Below are positions 59,801-64,000 of a stretch of DNA of 64,000 nt, piece by piece. This stretch comes from Phoronis australis. Taxonomy: Eukaryota; Animalia; Phoronida. Location of the stretch: positions 63,774 to 127,773 of the forward strand of contig NMRA01000835.1 of assembly GCA_002633005.1 (NCBI GenBank), read 5' to 3'. The notes under the pieces were generated by a model. It saw nothing but the letters and a program-made list of their open reading frames with translations. It made no database searches and was not told the DNA's origin. Both the position numbers and the translations under genes were made by a program. How positions within the stretch are numbered: the stretch's first letter is position 1; each line of letters opens with the position of its first letter.

Positions 59801-62800
59801 TAAATTTCAGTCAAAACTTAAATTTGTCTCAAGTTCATTTCAAGAAAGAGAGCTTATGTTTAACTTAAGTTTTTGGCTTTAGATTTGTCTTAATTTTGAC
59901 TATAAACTCAATGAAATAGGTGTTTAAGTTTCAAAGTTTGAAAGCTGAGACAAATTTTAGACTTGAGTAAAAAAACGAACTTAAGTCAGTTTCCTGGAAC
60001 GAGCCTAATTTAAAACTTTAACCACTTTCAACAAAATAACTTTCATAAAATCTCTGCTCTTACCCAAAATTAGTTCATCTTTTAAAGGCACTGTGATCAC
60101 CACCATTTAAAGGCACTGTGATCACCACCATTTAAAGGCACTGTGATCACCACCATTTAAAGGCACTGTGATCACCACCATTTAAAGGCACTGTGATCAC
60201 CACCATGAAAAGATCTAACCCTTCTAGAGCACATGTTTTTTTAACATCATTAGGCATGATGAAATCAAAGGAATGAAAAGATTCAGGATGCTTCACACTC
60301 CAAGTGGTTGCAAAATGCTTCACATTGAATCCTTTTTAAAATCATTCTAATTGCATAGTTTTAATGGTTTATACTAAATGACTGTCCTTGGAACACAATT
60401 CTTCTTGAGGACTTGTAAAACACATTAAAATATGATATTCAAAGGTATCCAAATAAGTAGGACAAATTTTGCTTTTATACACAAATGATTTTCCACACAT
60501 TCCAATCTAGTATATTTGGTAGATTGCAAACCAATATTTTAAGGTCAGTGGTCCAAAAACTAAGGCATGTTTTCATGCATACAATGACAACATTTTCATT
60601 TGTGACCCACCACCACAAAATGAGTCTTAAGTCGGAAACTCTATTTCCTGACAAGACTGCAAACAGTCGCTATCGGTTAAAATTAGGTCAGATTTTTTTT
60701 ATTGCAGAATATGATTATTTATTCATTCTACTTCACAAAACAATACTTTAAAACAAGCAAACTTCATTTTAAACCTTATTTATTTCATTTTAAAAAACAT
60801 CACCTTCTCCGCGACTGCATATCTCGTGAAATTTTCATCGAAATTTGCCGGTTTTCGTGTCCTCATTGCTCAGTCTTCCGATGACCCAATTCGCTCGTAA
60901 ACAAATCAACAGAAAGGTCAAACTCTGCTCATTATGCATGTAGTAAGCTCTTTGAGTTTTTCGTCCAATCATCAGTCGTTATTTCACTTTTTGCAGTCGG
61001 GGTATTTTCAACAGATGTGTCACTCACCAGTCTTTTAGCTAGCAACGACCTTTTAACCCAATGCATCGCTGACATCATTCGCTAGAACTAGTTAAGTGGG
61101 TGTGAAACTGTGGGGTCGCGAGGTCACGGCATGTTTTCAAGACAGTAAGATGGCTGGTCGCCGTGTAGCTGATATCTCAGTGATTAACTCTTGCCTGTGA
61201 CTGCCGTATCAAGATCAGCGAGAATTAACTGAACTCATCAAAGAGCACATTTGTTGATGGAGACAAGGAGCGATTTCGTGACAGCGACGAGTCGTCTGAC
61301 GGCAGCAAATCGTCGCCAGAGGAGTTTCATGATCGACCCATCGTGAATACGGTTACGTTGGATTCCAAGTCGTTGGATTGGAACAAACAGAACTTGAAGA
61401 AAACAGTCCGGATTAGCTTAATCGCACAACAATGTCTTGTATCTGCAAAGCCAGTCGATAGGGGTGCAAGCAGCTGAATATTACTGCTAGAGAGAACAAT
61501 CTTCGATAGGGCTGAATCACTTGGTGAGAAGTCGAGGAAATCGTTGCTCTTCAGTCAGTGTCAGTGGACTTGGATAGGGATGAGTGATTGTCATTTTTTT
61601 CAAAATTATTCACACTAGCGTAAAATTTTGAATTATTTTGAACAAAAATCAGCCAGGTACGTGTATTTTGTAATCTACAGGACTTCATTTTATTAAACTT
61701 CTCCAAAATAAACTTTAACTACTTGTTTTACTTGCGGTAAACCCTCCTGCCACAAGTGGACTGACCCTGTATACATTAGCTGGGAAATTTATTGACCCAG
61801 TTGCACCATCCCAACATGAATATCACTCCTTTTTGGCTGAGATTACATAATAAGGTCTATATTCTTTCTAATTTTTGATTACTTTTATTTGTTTATGTTG
61901 TTGTGTATACTAATAAGTCTGAAATGTAGCATTCAACTGCAGGTTGCTATGGAAATTTTAGAGACACTATCGGCACTTTTTGTCAGCCATTTTCCTTGAC
62001 TTTTGAAAGCTCTAAATTTTCGCTTTCCCCGACTAGAATTGGCAATAACTCGGTCATTTGTGAAGATAAGGACATGTTTCATACCTCAAAATGATCAGAA
62101 AACTCTGTATTTTCAGAAAAAAATAACAATTAAAAAATGACAAATCCCGACTTAAGACTCATTTTGTGGTGGTGGGTCACATTTATGATTTATCAATCCT
62201 TTTGTATAAGGTATGGCTTTTCTCCACTTTTTACATAATAGCATGGTCTCTGAAAGGCAATGTGCAAATAAAATTTAAATGTAAATGGACATCACCCTGC
62301 CTATGTGTGTATGTAATAGGTATGAATGGTAATCAAAATATTCAGCATGTCTGTTATACTATGTTATGTGCTTATAAAAAAATCCCAATTTTCACGCACA
62401 AAATATGATCTAACCACATTTTCCCAATATTTACCCTAGTGCAGATTATTAGTTTTCTGAGAAATGTACCATAACAGAATAAATCCTGTGGAACTGAATG
62501 CAATTCAGAATATAACTAATGAAGAACATGTAAGTAGTCGGCCTCATTTCATTTTAGTTTGCGTTTGCCAGAAAAAGCCACTCACGCTTTGAAATAGCAG
62601 GAGTGTAAAAATCCCTTCAATGCATTTTCTCTTCAAGTTTGAATTTAAGGCCTCTGAAAGCGCACCCACTCAATCACTATCATACCATGAATCAAATGAT
62701 TGACAGTTCAGCATGACTGCACTAAAAGGAAATCACCGATTCAAGAAAAAGTAGTGACCAAGCATTTTTACCTTCACATCTAATACTTCATCTAAATCAA

Positions 62801-64000
62801 TGAAAGATGATAAGTGGAAGGCTTCATAGGCTGGTGAATCGCCTTTGCATTCTCTGAAATGAGAAAAAATAACTTCAGTAACATACAAGTGGCCTGCCAT
62901 CTAATTAAAAATAGAACCAAAACATTGCAACTAAAGTAAGTTCTATGCACACCCATCAATCACCATCAATAACCACATTTTGACCTATGTGTATAAGAAT
63001 AAGGCCAACAAAAGCATTTGGTTCTTGTCTACGACCACATTCTTTTGGAAGCTATACATCATTCACCACAAAAATCTAACATGCGTGACAAATGCAATGA
63101 CTTAAGAACACTAGAAGAACCCAAGGGGATGAACAATTATTAGGTACACTTTTTGCTATTAGAGGCAATGTCTTCTCAAAAGAAGGCTGAAAGTCATATC
63201 TGTAACGCGTGTTATTTGAATGCTGGTCTTGAATGTCATACGGTTCACTTATTAAATGCTTAAAACCACCATTTACCTTGTTTTGAAAAGTGACTACAAT
63301 GTCAGCATCGTTAAATCTTCCCTTATAAGACTGCATATCGTAATTGTGAATTCAATATCCCAAAAAGAGGAGATAAAAGAATACCAACTTCAGCTGAAAG
63401 TTTCTTCGCTCCAAGGACATGAGTGCGATGTATAATGTACCCAGGGCCAGTGTGTCATGTCCACCATGAGTTTCTTGTACACACACGAGCAATATCTGCC
63501 CTTTTCTGATATCCCACGGGAAGTTGAAAAAAGCCACAGTGTGGTCTAATACTAAGTTGTCACAACCACCACAATGCCACCTTCCACATTACATTTTCCC
63601 AAAATCTACAGGAAAACGAGCGGCAATAACTGACGACTTTTCACACGTAACACAATGAAGGAATATTAGTGCTGTGAATGGTTGTCGCGACTTTAAGAAG
63701 TATGTAACTAGTGTTTGTGGGTGTTCTAATCTGACAGTTGATCGACTTGTGGGGTTGTTTCTTTGGTGTTTTTGATATGAAATTAGTGATTTTAAGCACT
63801 CCAAGTTATGTACAACCTGCACCAAAACGTACTTAAGGGCATTAGCGACGGAGAAGTTCTTTATGGGTATGAAGGAGTCTGCCAAACTGGCCACTTTCAT
63901 CCTCTGGTTTTCATTGACCAGTGAACGACACACCTCAGTGTAGAGTAAACCGCCGCCAAGAAACAGAATCAGTGTCACCAACATGAGTAACCAGGAGAAC
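50562..64000 (-). CDS. PROM1: Prominin-family pentaspan membrane glycoprotein, 3' part (12 exons in window; 5' end beyond the window)
   Basis: join(63833..>64000,62772..62853,59349..59489,58821..58895,57901..57975,57104..57154,56460..56540,55713..55781,55400..55489,54418..54542,54081..54134,50562/50566..50880). GT-AG, phases consistent. Motifs FSWLLMLVTLILFLGGGLLYTEVC and IGKCRPI..A....C.YVLEPFNGFW..FGWC..FFIP.I..AV.L..LYRR. The symbol denotes family, not proven orthology. Confidence 0.9.
52428..52862. mobile_element. Degenerate MITE with G-rich interior
   Basis: taatggggcattcacatattac is inverted with gtaatatataggaatgttcctta; internal gggggaggg blocks. Confidence 0.45.
54081..54134 (-). CDS. 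PROM1: Prominin exon (DYDDYEGVNPGDTIPLD)
   Basis: tttcag|...|gtgagt; phase 2->2; Y-x-D..TIPL resembles the prominin tail. Confidence 0.8.
54418..54542 (-). CDS. PROM1: Prominin TM5 exon
   Basis: ttgtag|NGFWYCFGWCLFFFIPCIVLAVNLVGLYRR...|gtaagc. Confidence 0.92.
55400..55489 (-). CDS. PROM1: Prominin exon
   Basis: ttacag|IRKDIGKCRPIYDALNHVIDGACVYVLEPF|gtaaga. Confidence 0.92.
55713..55781 (-). CDS. PROM1: Prominin exon
   Basis: ttgcag|KVKNTTGEVEKSVESFASGLKMR|gtatgt. Confidence 0.8.
56460..56540 (-). CDS. PROM1: Prominin exon
   Basis: tttcag|SETDNLLEGIKKAESSVNNNGTTYVNQ|gtgaga. Confidence 0.8.
57104..57154 (-). CDS. PROM1: Prominin exon
   Basis: tttcag|DELETATNEVKKSADIK|gtatag. Confidence 0.75.
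57411..57667. mobile_element. MITE C (PIF/Harbinger-like), copy 1
   Basis: ggggcccgttccaagaaaac / gtttcttggaatggttccc TIRs; colinear with 59760-60006. Confidence 0.75.
57901..57975 (-). CDS. PROM1: Prominin exon
   Basis: tccacag|INLTDSAVTLGQIQENQVKTMEGKV|gtaagt. Confidence 0.8.
58821..58895 (-). CDS. PROM1: Prominin exon
   Basis: ttacag|ARQEITKIDLNAFANNLTTFSTTTG|gtaagt. Confidence 0.82.
59349..59489 (-). CDS. PROM1: Prominin exon
   Basis: ttgtag|KYNLTGAFDISINLPQIQILTPQLEEQLRDL...ILNE|gtagga. Confidence 0.85.
59760..60006. mobile_element. MITE C, copy 2
   Basis: ggggcccgttccaagaaaac / gtttcctggaacgagcct. Confidence 0.75.
60081..60205. repeat. Perfect minisatellite, 25 bp x 5
   Basis: (tttaaaggcactgtgatcaccacca)5, no variants and no spacers. 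Confidence 0.95.
60601..62181. mobile_element. Non-autonomous DNA transposon, 1.58 kb, with 35-bp perfect TIRs (superfamily unassigned)
   Basis: tgtgacccaccaccacaaaatgagtcttaagtcgg at 60601 and its exact reverse complement ending at 62181; no intact transposase ORF. Confidence 0.85.
62772..62853 (-). CDS. PROM1: Prominin exon
   Basis: tttcag|A ECKGDSPAYEAFHLSSFIDLDEVLDVK|gtaaaa. Confidence 0.85.
63833..64000 (-). CDS. PROM1: Prominin TM4 exon (5' end outside the window)
   Basis: FSWLLMLVTLILFLGGGLLYTEVCRSL...SVANALK|gtacgt. Confidence 0.88.

Noticed and set aside
60081-60205. CRISPR-like array
   Set aside because: No spacers, no cas genes, eukaryotic intron.

Overview
AT-rich eukaryotic (metazoan, probably marine invertebrate or lophotrochozoan; taxon is inferred from repeat types) genomic DNA with GT-AG introns and one 660-nt assembly gap (9038-9697). 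I reconstructed three spliced genes by hand. (1) A 10-coding-exon SLC22 organic ion transporter on the minus strand (19485->4709, about 675 aa). (2) A complete 11-exon 26S proteasome lid subunit PSMD12/RPN5 on the plus strand (20739->38166, 447 aa), head-to-head with the SLC22 gene. (3) The 3' half of a prominin gene on the minus strand (>64000->about 50562). Introns and intergenic DNA hold many mobile elements: a decayed THAP transposon fragment, tRNA-derived SINEs, an RTE LINE tail, several MITE families, Helentron-like arrays, a Penelope-like GIY-YIG fragment, and a pol-less gypsy-like LTR+gag relic. The most notable items are two minimal hammerhead ribozyme cores. One sits inside a TSD-flanked ~300-bp foldback with a Pol III B-box in its loop; the other has a compensatory U3-A8 core. 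Also notable is a gag with an N-terminal helix-hairpin-helix-like motif, bracketed by DNA-transposon TIRs. Most ORFs in the supplied track are spurious.
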